From: Candidatus Hydrogenedentota bacterium | GTDB lineage: Bacteria > Hydrogenedentota > Hydrogenedentia > Hydrogenedentales > SLHB01 | Direction of reading: 5' to 3' | Length of the DNA: 64,000 nucleotides | NCBI GenBank assembly: GCA_045863295.1 | Contig: BTWA01000003.1 | Span: forward strand, 64,001 to 128,000 | Shown: piece by piece, positions 6,640-16,485 of the stretch | Numbering within the stretch: the first letter of the stretch is position 1 | How the letters are laid out: each line of letters starts with the position of its first letter | The notes under the pieces: model-generated | Databases searched by the model: none | Told to the model about the DNA's origin: nothing | The model's input: only the letters and a program-made list of their open reading frames with translations | Program-made: the position numbers and the translations under genes

Positions 6640-8649
6640 ATGATTGCATCGGAATTTGCCAAACCCCGCCCGGGCGGAGTCTCCCTCGATTCGGGACAGG
6701 CGTCGGTTCGCGCCGTGGAAGTCGCGCTCACCGCGGCTACCTTGGTGTTGCTCGCCACAAGCATCGCCATGAGCCGCCTCGGCATCGCAAGCACATTGGT
6801 GGTCGCGGTCAACTTGGCGGCATATGTTTCCGGCGGCTACTGGGCCGCGCGCGAAACCGTGCCCAAACTCCTGCGCGGCGAACTTGACGTCGACTTTCTC
6901 ATGATCTTCGCCGCATGCGGGGCCGCCATCATCGGTCACTGGCACGAAGGCATCATCCTGCTGTTCCTGTTTTCTCTTTCTAACACGCTCCAATCATTTG
7001 CCATGGACCGCTCGCGCAGAGCCATCACCGGATTGCTGAAAGGAAATCCAAAGGAAGTTACGGTGCTCCGCGACGGCGAAGAAACTACCGTGCCGATTGA
7101 GTCCCTGCGAATCGGCGATCTTATGGTAGTCCGCCCCGGACAAATGCTGGCCACGGACGGCGTCGTACGGCGCGGCGCAAGCGACATGAACGAGGCCAGC
7201 ATTACCGGCGAATCGAAGCTCGTTGCCAAGGAATCCGGATCAACGGTATTCGCCGGAGCAATGAATACCACCGGCGCGCTCGAAGTCGAAGTTACCCGGC
7301 GCGCGGAAGATTCCACGCTGGCGCGAATGATTAAGATGGTCGAAACCGCCCAATCACAAAAGGCGCGCTCACAACGCGCCTTGGAAACGTTTGAACACTA
7401 TTATGCATGGATCGTTGTGGTCACCGTGACGCTTCTGATCTTGATTCCGTGGCTGGTACTTTCCGAATCCTTCCGGACTTCCCTGTACCGCGCCATGGTG
7501 CTTCTCGTCGTAGCGTCGCCCTGTGCATTGGTCATATCCACACCGGCCGCCATTCTCTCCGCCATTGCGCGAGCGGCACGGTTGGGTATCCTCTTTAAAG
7601 GCGGCGTATATCTTGAAAAAATGGCGGACACGCGCGTGGTCGTGTTTGACAAGACCGGCACGTTGACCACCGGCAAGCCGGGCGTCACAGATCTGGTGCT
7701 GGCCCGGAATGCGCCCGAAGGATTCACGGAGAATGACTTGCTTGCGTACGCTGCGGCGCTGGAAATGCGTTCCGAACACGTGTTGGCCCGGGAAATCGTG
7801 CGCGCTGCTGAACTGCGTGGTCTCGAAATCCCCCCCATGTCTGAATTTGTCGCGCTGCCAGGACGGGGAATCCATGCAGAACTGCACGGATACGAAGTGT
7901 GGATCGGAGCAAACCGTCTCTATGAAGAACACGGCGAAACCATTCCCGATGACCTGATCGAAGCCAAAGCCAGACTGGAAGCCGAGGGCAAGAGTGCCCT
8001 GATTCTGCATCGAGAACTCATGCGCAGGGAAGGCGTGGGAGTTCACGAGCAATCCGGCGGTTGGCTGGGGCTGATTGCAGTGGCGGATACGCTCCGCGGA
8101 GACGCCAAGGAAACCGTGGATCAGCTGCGGCGACAGGGAGTGAGACGCGTCATCATGCTCACCGGCGATAATGAAAAAGTAGCAAATGTAATCGCAGAAC
8201 AATCGGGCATCGATGAAGTACACGCCAACTTGCTGCCCGAGGACAAGGTCCGCAAAGTAGCCGAACTTGAAGAACAGCACGGGTGTGTCATGATGATCGG
8301 CGATGGAGTCAACGATGCGCCCGCGCTTGCCAACGCATCCGTCGGAGTGGCCATGGGTGCGGCAGGTTCCGATCTCGCGCTCGAAAGCGCCCACTGCGTC
8401 CTGATGAGCAATGAACTCAAAAGGGTTCCATTTGCTTTGTATTTGAGCCGGCGCGCCGTGCGCACCATCAAAGTCAACCTCGCGTTCTCCATGGCGGTAA
8501 TCGCGGTACTTGTGGTGACCGTGTTTGCGTATCGCCTGCCTCTTCCCATGGGCGTCGTAGGCCACGAAGGGAGCACAGTGCTCGTTTGCTTGAATGGCTT
8601 GCGCCTGCTGTCGCTCAGAATGCCCCATCCCACCCGCACCCAATCGTGA
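6640..8649 (+). CDS. Heavy-metal P1B-type ATPase, P1B-4-like (Co/Fe/Zn)
   Basis: TGES, SPC in the TM helix, DKTGT, GDGVND and HEGST motifs; no N-terminal metal-binding domain. Confidence 0.9.
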   Translation: MIASEFAKPRPGGVSLDSGQASVRAVEVALTAATLVLLATSIAMSRLGIASTLVVAVNLAAYVSGGYWAARETVPKLLRGELDVDFLMIFAACGAAIIGHWHEGIILLFLFSLSNTLQSFAMDRSRRAITGLLKGNPKEVTVLRDGEETTVPIESLRIGDLMVVRPGQMLATDGVVRRGASDMNEASITGESKLVAKESGSTVFAGAMNTTGALEVEVTRRAEDSTLARMIKMVETAQSQKARSQRALETFEHYYAWIVVVTVTLLILIPWLVLSESFRTSLYRAMVLLVVASPCALVISTPAAILSAIARAARLGILFKGGVYLEKMADTRVVVFDKTGTLTTGKPGVTDLVLARNAPEGFTENDLLAYAAALEMRSEHVLAREIVRAAELRGLEIPPMSEFVALPGRGIHAELHGYEVWIGANRLYEEHGETIPDDLIEAKARLEAEGKSALILHRELMRREGVGVHEQSGGWLGLIAVADTLRGDAKETVDQLRRQGVRRVIMLTGDNEKVANVIAEQSGIDEVHANLLPEDKVRKVAELEEQHGCVMMIGDGVNDAPALANASVGVAMGAAGSDLALESAHCVLMSNELKRVPFALYLSRRAVRTIKVNLAFSMAVIAVLVVTVFAYRLPLPMGVVGHEGSTVLVCLNGLRLLSLRMPHPTRTQS

Positions 8650-8743
8650 CACTGTCCCTGTCCGCATGGTACGCTTTGCCTTCGCAGGCTGTCACAACGA
8701 AGGGGCCGGAGACTGCGGTCCGTTCAACCGGGAGCGCCAAGCG

Positions 8744-9334
8744 ATGATCCGCGATTTACGTGCTATCGCCGCCGCATGCCTGGTAACCGCCGGGTGCTCG
8801 ACGCTCGCAACCTCTCCCGGCTGCGTAACCGATTCGCGCGGAAACCTCACGGGCGATCGAGATCGCACTTTCCTGGATATCGTGGAATCTGGCGTGGAAA
8901 AGCAGGGTAATGGATTCGCATTTTACATTCGCACGGCGGCACCGCTGCCGGACGCACGTGCCATGACCGAAGGTAAACGCGCGGACTATGTATGGTTCGT
9001 GGATGCCGATCGAAACGTCACCACTGGACAATCGGAATTGGGAAACGACATCAACCTCCATGTATGGATCGATGAAACCGGATGGCATTCGGCCGTCTTC
9101 CCGGTGACTGATATAGGCAAGGCCCAAGGCGATCCTCCTCCGGTGGATGCCTGCCCGTTTGAAATCGAGGCCGATACCGTAACGTTGCGCGTGCCTGATT
9201 CAGTATTTCCTGCGTTGATATTCGATTGGTGGGCGTGGTCCACAACCCAAAACGCCGGAAACTGGGAACCCGTTACGGAAAACCCGCCAACGAAGCGCAC
9301 CCCTTCGGACTCACGCTGGCGCAAAGGTCTGTAA
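8744..9334 (+). CDS. Hypothetical lipoprotein
   Basis: Lipobox-like signal MIRDLRAIAAACLVTAG-C; beta-rich acidic mature region. Confidence 0.6.
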   Translation: MIRDLRAIAAACLVTAGCSTLATSPGCVTDSRGNLTGDRDRTFLDIVESGVEKQGNGFAFYIRTAAPLPDARAMTEGKRADYVWFVDADRNVTTGQSELGNDINLHVWIDETGWHSAVFPVTDIGKAQGDPPPVDACPFEIEADTVTLRVPDSVFPALIFDWWAWSTTQNAGNWEPVTENPPTKRTPSDSRWRKGL

Positions 9335-9390
9335 GTGGTCGCGGATATTCCCCAAAATAAGATTAACCATAGGAACTGCAGTATCCCCTC

Positions 9391-11148
9391 ATGACGCGAA
9401 TTCCTCGCCCCACCTCCAAAATCATTCTGTTCGTCCCGGCACTGTTGGCATTCCTGTTTGCCATGCCCGCACTTTGGACCGGGCTCTTTATGGATGACCT
9501 GTGGCACAAGGCGCTTTTTACGGGCGTCGAAGCCGCGGTGCCATTCTCAGAAAACCGCTTCTCCATGTTTACATTCGTTAATGGCGATCCCGAACGCACG
9601 GCCACATTGAAAAATATGGGCGTGTTTCCCTGGTGGGCCCTGGACAACCTTCGCTTGAAATTCTGGCGCCCGGTGACATCCATCACGCATTGGATGGACT
9701 ACGCACTTTGGCCGGATTCCGAGTGGACAATGCACTTGCACAGCCTCGTCTGGTACGTGTTGGGGGTCGCCACCGTCGCTTGGCTCTTCCGGCGTATCTT
9801 GGGGGTAGGCTGGATCGCGCTTATTGCTGCGGCCTTGTACGCAGTGGACGACGCACATGCCAACCCCGTCGGATGGCTGGCCAATCGCAATTCCCTCATA
9901 GCGCTGTTCTTTGGGGTGGCATCGATCCTGGCCCACATGCGATGGCGAGAGACAAATCGTTGGCCCTGGTTACCGGCGGCTCTGCTGTTGTTTGCCATCG
10001 CACTACTGGCAAACGAAGGCGCCATCGCCTCGACAGCCTACTTCTTCTCGTATGCGGTCTTCCTCGATAAAGGCACATGGAAATCCCGAATTCTGACACT
10101 CGTCCCCTACTTCGTGTTGGTGCTGGTCTGGAAAGCTCTGTATTCCATGCAAGGATACGGCGCGTGGGGTTCGGCCGCCTATATCGACCCCGTGGCATCG
10201 CCGATGGATTTCCTCTGGTCGTTGACGACACGCGGCCCAATACTTCTGCTCGCGCAAATAGCCCTGCCCACCGCAGACCTCCACACGTTTGTACCGGACA
10301 GCGTCAAATTCGCGTGGTGGGTATTCGCAATTCTCGCGTTGACTGCTGTAGGAGCCATACTTGCGCGCGTGTTGCGCGATGATCCCCGTGCACGCTTCTT
10401 CGCCGCCGGAGCAGTCATCTCCATCGTGCCCTGCTGCGCTACCTTTGCCATGGATCGTCTGTTGCTCTTTACCGGAATTGGCGCCTTCGGCCTGTTGGCG
10501 GTTTGGCTGGCTTCGCTGTATGGCAAACCACGCGCAAAACTCGTATCGGTCGCCGCCGCGGTGGCGTTGCTGATACACGGCGTGGTCGGACCGTTGCTGC
10601 TCCCCGTCCGCATTGTTGCGTGGGACCTCATGGGACAAATGGTGAATCGAACGTACGACTCGGTCGAATTTACCGAAGCGGACAAAGACAAAACTGTCGT
10701 ACTGGTGAACGCACCCAATATCTTCATCGCCACGTACCTGCCCATCACCAAAGCACTACAGGGCGCGCCGATTCCCAAAAGGGTCGTAGGACTCGCCCCT
10801 ATCAGCGGAATGCCTGTACCCATCGTGATGCGAAGAACAGACGCGAACACCATCGTCTATCGCCCGGACGCTTCGTTTCAATGGATTCTATTTCGTAACG
10901 ACGCGCATCCCTTTCGCGTGGGCGATGTGGTCAGGCTGGACGACCGGGAAGTAGAAATACTGCACGTAAATGAGAAAGGCGTGCCCGTGGAAGTCGCATA
11001 CCGGTTTGATCGGCCTATTGACGACCCATCCATGATGTGGCTCCGTTTCGAAATGCCTGAAACACTGAACGGCGATCCCCCCAGGCTGGTACCCTATACA
11101 CCGCCCGCGATCGGACAAACCGTCACCGTGGCCTCCGGCACGAAATAA
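9391..11148 (+). CDS. Multi-TM protein, GT-C fold glycosyltransferase-like (TMTC/PMT-like N-terminus)
   Basis: DD after the first TM, WRPV...DY..W....H motif, many TM helices and a soluble C-terminal domain. Confidence 0.55.
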   Translation: MTRIPRPTSKIILFVPALLAFLFAMPALWTGLFMDDLWHKALFTGVEAAVPFSENRFSMFTFVNGDPERTATLKNMGVFPWWALDNLRLKFWRPVTSITHWMDYALWPDSEWTMHLHSLVWYVLGVATVAWLFRRILGVGWIALIAAALYAVDDAHANPVGWLANRNSLIALFFGVASILAHMRWRETNRWPWLPAALLLFAIALLANEGAIASTAYFFSYAVFLDKGTWKSRILTLVPYFVLVLVWKALYSMQGYGAWGSAAYIDPVASPMDFLWSLTTRGPILLLAQIALPTADLHTFVPDSVKFAWWVFAILALTAVGAILARVLRDDPRARFFAAGAVISIVPCCATFAMDRLLLFTGIGAFGLLAVWLASLYGKPRAKLVSVAAAVALLIHGVVGPLLLPVRIVAWDLMGQMVNRTYDSVEFTEADKDKTVVLVNAPNIFIATYLPITKALQGAPIPKRVVGLAPISGMPVPIVMRRTDANTIVYRPDASFQWILFRNDAHPFRVGDVVRLDDREVEILHVNEKGVPVEVAYRFDRPIDDPSMMWLRFEMPETLNGDPPRLVPYTPPAIGQTVTVASGTK

Positions 11149-11279
11149 GCGTTTGACGTCTTCGGAAGTGAGACACTCTCGCTTGCCGGGGTCATTTGCA
11201 ATCAAATATTCTCGCCGCGGGCGTACCGCGTGGGGTATCGACAGGAAACTTCTGCAGGAAAGCAAGGAAAATAAGGGCT

Positions 11280-11753
11280 GTGACGGTATTCGAGACCATT
11301 GTTAAACCTCTGCTGTTTCTACATCTGCTGTCAGCCATCTGTGCACTGGCGACTGCAATTCACCTTGCCGTTCGCATTTACAAGACCACGCGCCATCCCG
11401 GTTCATACGCGGCACAGACACGAATGCATGCGACGATCATGACCGTGTCCTATGGCCTGTGCTTCGGCTTGGGCGCTTTGATCTATCCCACGTTCCGGCT
11501 TCGCGTGCGAGGCGAATTGTTCGACGACCTACTGCCATGGGCTACCGGCCTCTTCGAAATTAAGGAACATCTCGCGTCATTTGCCCTCATGCCCGCCCTC
11601 GGCGTGTGGGTATTCTCTCGCACGGTGGATCTGAGAAACCGCGAACACAGGCCATACTTGACGCTGTATGCATCCTGCATCGCCGTGGTTATCGTTGTGC
11701 TGACCTTCAATGCATGGTGCGGCTGGTACCTTGGAACGTTGAAGTCGGTATGA
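11280..11753 (+). CDS. Hypothetical 4-TM membrane protein
   Basis: GTG start after AAGG; hydrophobic helices with His residues; ATGA overlap with the next gene. Confidence 0.6.
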   Translation: MTVFETIVKPLLFLHLLSAICALATAIHLAVRIYKTTRHPGSYAAQTRMHATIMTVSYGLCFGLGALIYPTFRLRVRGELFDDLLPWATGLFEIKEHLASFALMPALGVWVFSRTVDLRNREHRPYLTLYASCIAVVIVVLTFNAWCGWYLGTLKSV

Positions 11754-12154
11754 ATATGCGCGCACTCAATACGTCATGCGTTGTTACCTCGGCCTCAATC
11801 ATCGCCTTCTACATGCTGTACGTATGGCATCCCCTAAACATTGTCTATTTCCCGCAGCTGCATGAATGGGGACTGCATGCCAGAAGCGGACATATCGGAA
11901 TGACATGGTATGGATACAACGTAAACGCACTTGTTGGTTCGGCGGTCGCTTCCATGACCGCCTATGGGCTCTGCCGCTACGCGGCAGCCCGATTGGAAAA
12001 GCCGCTTTCAAATCCGGCCCTGTTTGCCTTGTGCGGCCTGGTGATCCTGGCCTTCGGCGCTACCGCGATACATACCATTTACGATCAAAAGAAGTGGTTC
12101 GACAAAGAAGTACCTGCGGCAAGCGAAGTATCCAACTCGGAAAATCGCTCTTGA
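11750..12154 (+). CDS. Hypothetical membrane protein
   Basis: ATGA overlap with the previous gene; about three hydrophobic segments. Confidence 0.55.
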   Translation: MNMRALNTSCVVTSASIIAFYMLYVWHPLNIVYFPQLHEWGLHARSGHIGMTWYGYNVNALVGSAVASMTAYGLCRYAAARLEKPLSNPALFALCGLVILAFGATAIHTIYDQKKWFDKEVPAASEVSNSENRS

Positions 12155-12202
12155 AACTCCATTCAATCAAATTCAAATTGATGGATGTGGCCGAACTTCC
12201 GT

Positions 12203-12232
12203 TTGCCCAACTTCCCCGGACTCTCGTATAAT
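12203..12232 (+). promoter_or_regulatory. Sigma70-like promoter upstream of trxB
   Basis: TTGCCC-18 nt-TATAAT. Confidence 0.5.
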
Positions 12233-12310
12233 TCCGCCTCGCGGCTCGAACCAAAATGGTGTGTTTCGTATCCACATCACTACCCAAAACGTCGGGAGTT
12301 CATCGGCATT

Positions 12311-13255
12311 ATGGAAAACGTCATTATCATCGGTTCCGGACCCTCGGCATGGACAGCCGCCTTGTATGCCGCGCGCGCCGCGCTGAATCCGCTTGTCTTC
12401 GAGGGGGAATTGAGCCAGGACATCCTGCCGGGAGGACAGTTGATGATTACGACGGAAGTGGAAAATTACCCCGGCTTCCCCGACGGCATCACAGGACCGG
12501 AAATGATGGATATCTTCAAACGCCAAGCCGTCCGATTCGGCACGCGTGTGGAATCCCGCACTATCACTGCAGTTAATTTTTCTCAACACCCTTTAACTGT
12601 CTCCAGCGGCAATGATACCTGGCACACGAAAACCGTAATCGTATCGACCGGCGCCAATGCCAAATACCTCGGCATCGAATCAGAGGAAAAGTTTAAAAAC
12701 CGAGGCGTCTCGGCCTGCGCCACCTGCGACGGCGCCCTGCCCCGCTTCCGCAACAAACCCTTGGTCGTCGTTGGCGGAGGCGACACGGCCATGGAAGAAG
12801 CCATCTTTCTCACCAACTACGCGAGCATGGTCCACGTCATCCACAGGCGCGATGCGTTCCGGGCCAGCAAAATCATGGCCGAACGCGCCCTCAAAAACCC
12901 AAAAATCACTCCGGAATGGAATTCTGTTCTGGAAGAAGTCACCGGTACGGACAAGGATGGCGTCACCGGAGTACGTATTAAGGATGTTCACTCCGGAGCC
13001 ATCCGAGAACTCCCCTGCACAGGGGTCTTCGTGGCCATCGGTCACAAACCCAACACGGACCTCTTCAAAGGCATCTTGGACATGGACGAGACTGGCTATT
13101 TAGTAACTAAACCCGATTCCACGTACACCAACGTCGATGGCGTCTTCGCATGCGGCGACTGTCAGGATCATGTCTACCGGCAAGCCATCACCGCCGCAGG
13201 CACCGGCTGTATGGCCGCCATCGATGCCACCCGTTGGCTGGAATCACAGGTATAG
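12311..13255 (+). CDS. trxB: Thioredoxin-disulfide reductase
   Basis: IIGSGP, GGQL..TTEVENYPGF, CATCDG, GGGDTAMEEA, HRRD and YRQAITAAG motifs. Confidence 0.95.
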   Translation: MENVIIIGSGPSAWTAALYAARAALNPLVFEGELSQDILPGGQLMITTEVENYPGFPDGITGPEMMDIFKRQAVRFGTRVESRTITAVNFSQHPLTVSSGNDTWHTKTVIVSTGANAKYLGIESEEKFKNRGVSACATCDGALPRFRNKPLVVVGGGDTAMEEAIFLTNYASMVHVIHRRDAFRASKIMAERALKNPKITPEWNSVLEEVTGTDKDGVTGVRIKDVHSGAIRELPCTGVFVAIGHKPNTDLFKGILDMDETGYLVTKPDSTYTNVDGVFACGDCQDHVYRQAITAAGTGCMAAIDATRWLESQV

Positions 13256-13445
13256 ACCTCACATTAATTTTAATGTAAGTCGCTGCAAATTATGTAGTTA
13301 AATTAATTGTTTACAGACGCGACCCCAACAACTGAATAAATAAAAAGTGCACAAACCCCTGATTTGTGAACATATGGTATGGATTCGACCCGCCACCGAA
13401 TATACCTCTCAGAAGTGACACCGGGTCGCAGGAATTGAAACGACG

Positions 13446-14102
13446 ATGAATGCACAGACTCCTATCTCTGGCGACAGCAATACTGAATACGGCTCGTCGC
13501 CCGAGGAATTCTTGAAACTGGTCGGACAGTACAAGGACGAATTCTACCGGTACATCCTACGGACCGTTTGGGATTCCAATGTAGCAGAGGATGTATTCCA
13601 GGCGGCAACGCTTGCTGCCTACGAAAACTTTCATAAGTTCAGACTAGGGACCAATTTCCGGGCGTGGATGTACCGCATTATCACGAATAAGTGCTATGTG
13701 GCAAACCGGGAAGTCATCCGGGCTTTCGAACCCATTGAATCGGCAGACCCAAGTCTGACAGCGGTGACCCAGGAAGCCGAGTACGGCGATGTGCTGAAGG
13801 AACCGGAATTGTTCCTCCAGCAGTGTGGCGACGAAATCTACCGGGCGTTCCGGCGGGTTTCCACCGCGGAACGCGCCTGCATTCTGTTGCGGGCGGTGGA
13901 GCGATTCAGCTATCAGGAAATTGCGGAGATTCTCGAAATCCCGGTGGGAACGGTGATGACGCACCTCTCCCGTGGCCGGGCGAAACTACGAAAAGAACTG
14001 ACAACCTACGCGGTTGAAACCGGCATTGTCCGAAAGCGGCCCAAGCTGCTTGAACGAAGTTCGGACGAGGCAAGCAATCATAATAAGGGATCGGCATTGT
14101 GA
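13446..14102 (+). CDS. ECF (sigma70 group 4) sigma factor
   Basis: Region 2: AEDVFQ and NFRAWMYRI. Region 4: SYQEIAEILEIPVGTVMTHLSRGR. Confidence 0.9.
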   Translation: MNAQTPISGDSNTEYGSSPEEFLKLVGQYKDEFYRYILRTVWDSNVAEDVFQAATLAAYENFHKFRLGTNFRAWMYRIITNKCYVANREVIRAFEPIESADPSLTAVTQEAEYGDVLKEPELFLQQCGDEIYRAFRRVSTAERACILLRAVERFSYQEIAEILEIPVGTVMTHLSRGRAKLRKELTTYAVETGIVRKRPKLLERSSDEASNHNKGSAL

Positions 14103-14866
14103 TGATAACGAGGGAAGACAAACTCTGGTCGGCCTATCTGGACGGCGAATTGAGCGCGTCCGAAGCCTCCGAGTTCGACCAGACCCTGACACCGGCGGCC
14201 CGCGAACGGCTGTCGCGCGAGATGCGGTTCGAAAAGTGCATCGCGGATTCGCTCAGCACCGGAGTTCGTTGCCCGGACGATGCATGGCAACGCATCAGCG
14301 AGTCCGTGCTCGCACAGACCCCGAAAAAAGCCAAGCGCAAGGCGATGGATTGGGTATGGTACGGCGTTACCGCCTTGGCGGCGTCACTTGCTATCGCCGT
14401 GGGTTTGGAAATCAACAATTGGCGCAATACGCCCCCCGATTTCTTACAATTAAAGGCGGATCGGGTCGAAGATCTGCAACTCCAGGTTGCGTACGAAACC
14501 AGCGATGTGGAAGAACTGTCCCGATTCTTGAAAAGCAACAACGTCGCGCTTTCTATGGAAGATCCATCAGTCCACTCGCCCCGGCGCCACCCGCGCATTA
14601 TCTATGGCGCGCGAGAGGCCACCTACCGCGGCGAGGAAGTAATGGAAGTCTTCTTCGAATGTTGCGGCCAGCCGGCCAAAATCGTCGTGGTGCCGAAAGG
14701 CGGCGCGGCTGCACAAGCCATCGGCCGGGCCGTCGCTAACGGAAAAGTTAAGGACGCGAAACCCGTCGGCAATTTCGTGGCGGCTATTGTGAGCAACCAC
14801 GGGGGCTCGGCGGGCATGCTGGAGATGCTTACGCCCGAAACAGAAATGGCGTCGCGCAGCGTCTGA
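14099..14866 (+). CDS. Putative transmembrane anti-sigma factor
   Basis: Overlaps the ECF stop codon; SAYLDGELS anti-sigma-domain motif, single TM and extracytoplasmic domain. Confidence 0.75.
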   Translation: MMITREDKLWSAYLDGELSASEASEFDQTLTPAARERLSREMRFEKCIADSLSTGVRCPDDAWQRISESVLAQTPKKAKRKAMDWVWYGVTALAASLAIAVGLEINNWRNTPPDFLQLKADRVEDLQLQVAYETSDVEELSRFLKSNNVALSMEDPSVHSPRRHPRIIYGAREATYRGEEVMEVFFECCGQPAKIVVVPKGGAAAQAIGRAVANGKVKDAKPVGNFVAAIVSNHGGSAGMLEMLTPETEMASRSV

Positions 14867-14955
14867 CGCAGCCACCGCACGGTTTCTGTTTGGACTGCTT
14901 CTATCGGTAAGATAACGCCTTCTTGGATCAAATGCCGGGAAGGCCTTCTTAATTT

Positions 14956-16467
14956 ATGATTTCATCGCGCAGCCAGAGCGTGTTGTGGGGGTTGGCGGCC
15001 GTGTTGGTTGTCGGCTTTGCCGTCACGGCCACCATTCTGAGTCTCCAATTCACATACGGCGAAGGCCACGCACAACGCCCCCTGTTGCTGTATTGCACCG
15101 TCCATGCGGCTGGTTGGCTCGGCATGGCCTTGGCCGGATGGCTGGCCGTCAGGCACAGCAAAGGCTCGTTTCCCCTCATCCTGTTTGCGGGTGTCACCGC
15201 GAGATGTATCCTGGTCCTCTCGCAACCCATGGAAGACGATTCCATGTACCGCTATCTCTTGGACGGACACATGGCGCGCGCAGGCGTGAATCCGTACAGT
15301 CTATCGCCCGAGGCGGTTCAACTTGACCCACCGGCCCCGTTGACGTCCATGATAAACTCCGACCCGGCGCAGCAAATCATTTCGCGCGTGGCATATCCCG
15401 AAATGAAATCCCCCCACGCTCCCCTCGCCGTGGCCGCGTTCTCCGCAGGTTCCTTGATGACGCCCTGGCAATGGCACGGGCAGCGCATTGTGTTTCTACT
15501 GGCCGATATGGGCACATGGGGACTAATCCTCATGGTCTTACGCTTAATCGAACGGCCTCTCGCGTGGTCCGTTCTGTATGCGTGGAATCCTCTCGTCTTG
15601 AAAGAGGCCGTTAATACGCCGCACCCGGACGTATTCGCCGCCCTGCTCATTATTGCCGCGATTCTTTGCGCGCGCCGGTGGACCGAGCATGAAAACCCTT
15701 TGTGGGCAGGCGCTTGCGGAATTGCCGTCGCCGCCGCCACCCTGGCCACGTACTATCCGATAATCGTCGCCCCGGCATTTCTCGCCGTCCTATTTCGAGG
15801 CGAGCATCGCTTCCGGGCAGTCGCCGCATTCGTATTGCCACTCGCTATTTGGACAGCGGTGGGCACCATTCCGTTCGTCCAACAACTGGGGATGAGCGGA
15901 ATGCTGGAAGGGCTTCGCACCCAGACCGCACATTGGCGCACAAACGACGGTGCTTTTTCGTTCGTATCCTGGTTAGCGGAAACACGCGCCATGGACGGAC
16001 TCGCTCAATGGTCGGAAAATTTGCCGATCATGGATCCCGGCGCCGCCGTGATGGGAAGGGAACAAATACCTGCGCTTGCCCGGTTGCTGGCACTGGCCAT
16101 AGTCGCCTTGACCGCCGTAGGCACGGCCGCCATGTTGTACTTCTTCGGAGAAACCGGCGACGACTTTCTGTGGGCGATCCGTTCGTCGCTGCTGGTGCTT
16201 TGGCTCATGGCCCCGGCCCCATTTCCGTGGATGGCCATTCCGATACTGGCACTGGGGGCGTTGTCACCCACGATTTCGTCGCTCGCATTGTCGTTCGTGG
16301 CGATTGCCTACTATGCCTTGGCCTGCGGAACGTATCACGGATGGACTCCGGCCGTCTCCCAAGGCGTTAAATTCGCCGAGCACGGCCTGATCTGGGCCGC
16401 CATCGCCGCTCCCATCGTTGTGATGCGGCGGCGCGCTACGGCGCCGCCGGATGAACCCGCGGAATGA
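14956..16467 (+). CDS. Membrane glycosyltransferase (GT87/DUF2029-like, GT-C)
   Basis: EDDSMYRYLLDG...GVNPY...P and LYAWNPLVLKE..H.D motifs; many TM helices. Confidence 0.7.
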   Translation: MISSRSQSVLWGLAAVLVVGFAVTATILSLQFTYGEGHAQRPLLLYCTVHAAGWLGMALAGWLAVRHSKGSFPLILFAGVTARCILVLSQPMEDDSMYRYLLDGHMARAGVNPYSLSPEAVQLDPPAPLTSMINSDPAQQIISRVAYPEMKSPHAPLAVAAFSAGSLMTPWQWHGQRIVFLLADMGTWGLILMVLRLIERPLAWSVLYAWNPLVLKEAVNTPHPDVFAALLIIAAILCARRWTEHENPLWAGACGIAVAAATLATYYPIIVAPAFLAVLFRGEHRFRAVAAFVLPLAIWTAVGTIPFVQQLGMSGMLEGLRTQTAHWRTNDGAFSFVSWLAETRAMDGLAQWSENLPIMDPGAAVMGREQIPALARLLALAIVALTAVGTAAMLYFFGETGDDFLWAIRSSLLVLWLMAPAPFPWMAIPILALGALSPTISSLALSFVAIAYYALACGTYHGWTPAVSQGVKFAEHGLIWAAIAAPIVVMRRRATAPPDEPAE

Positions 16468-16485
16468 CGGCGCCTTCCGCGACTG

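Noticed and set aside
7369..8667. Long antisense ORFs (e.g. 7369-8667, 43526-44761, 49587-51080, 57790-58827)
   Set aside because: Shadow frames of well-supported genes in GC-rich DNA, with no recognisable motifs.
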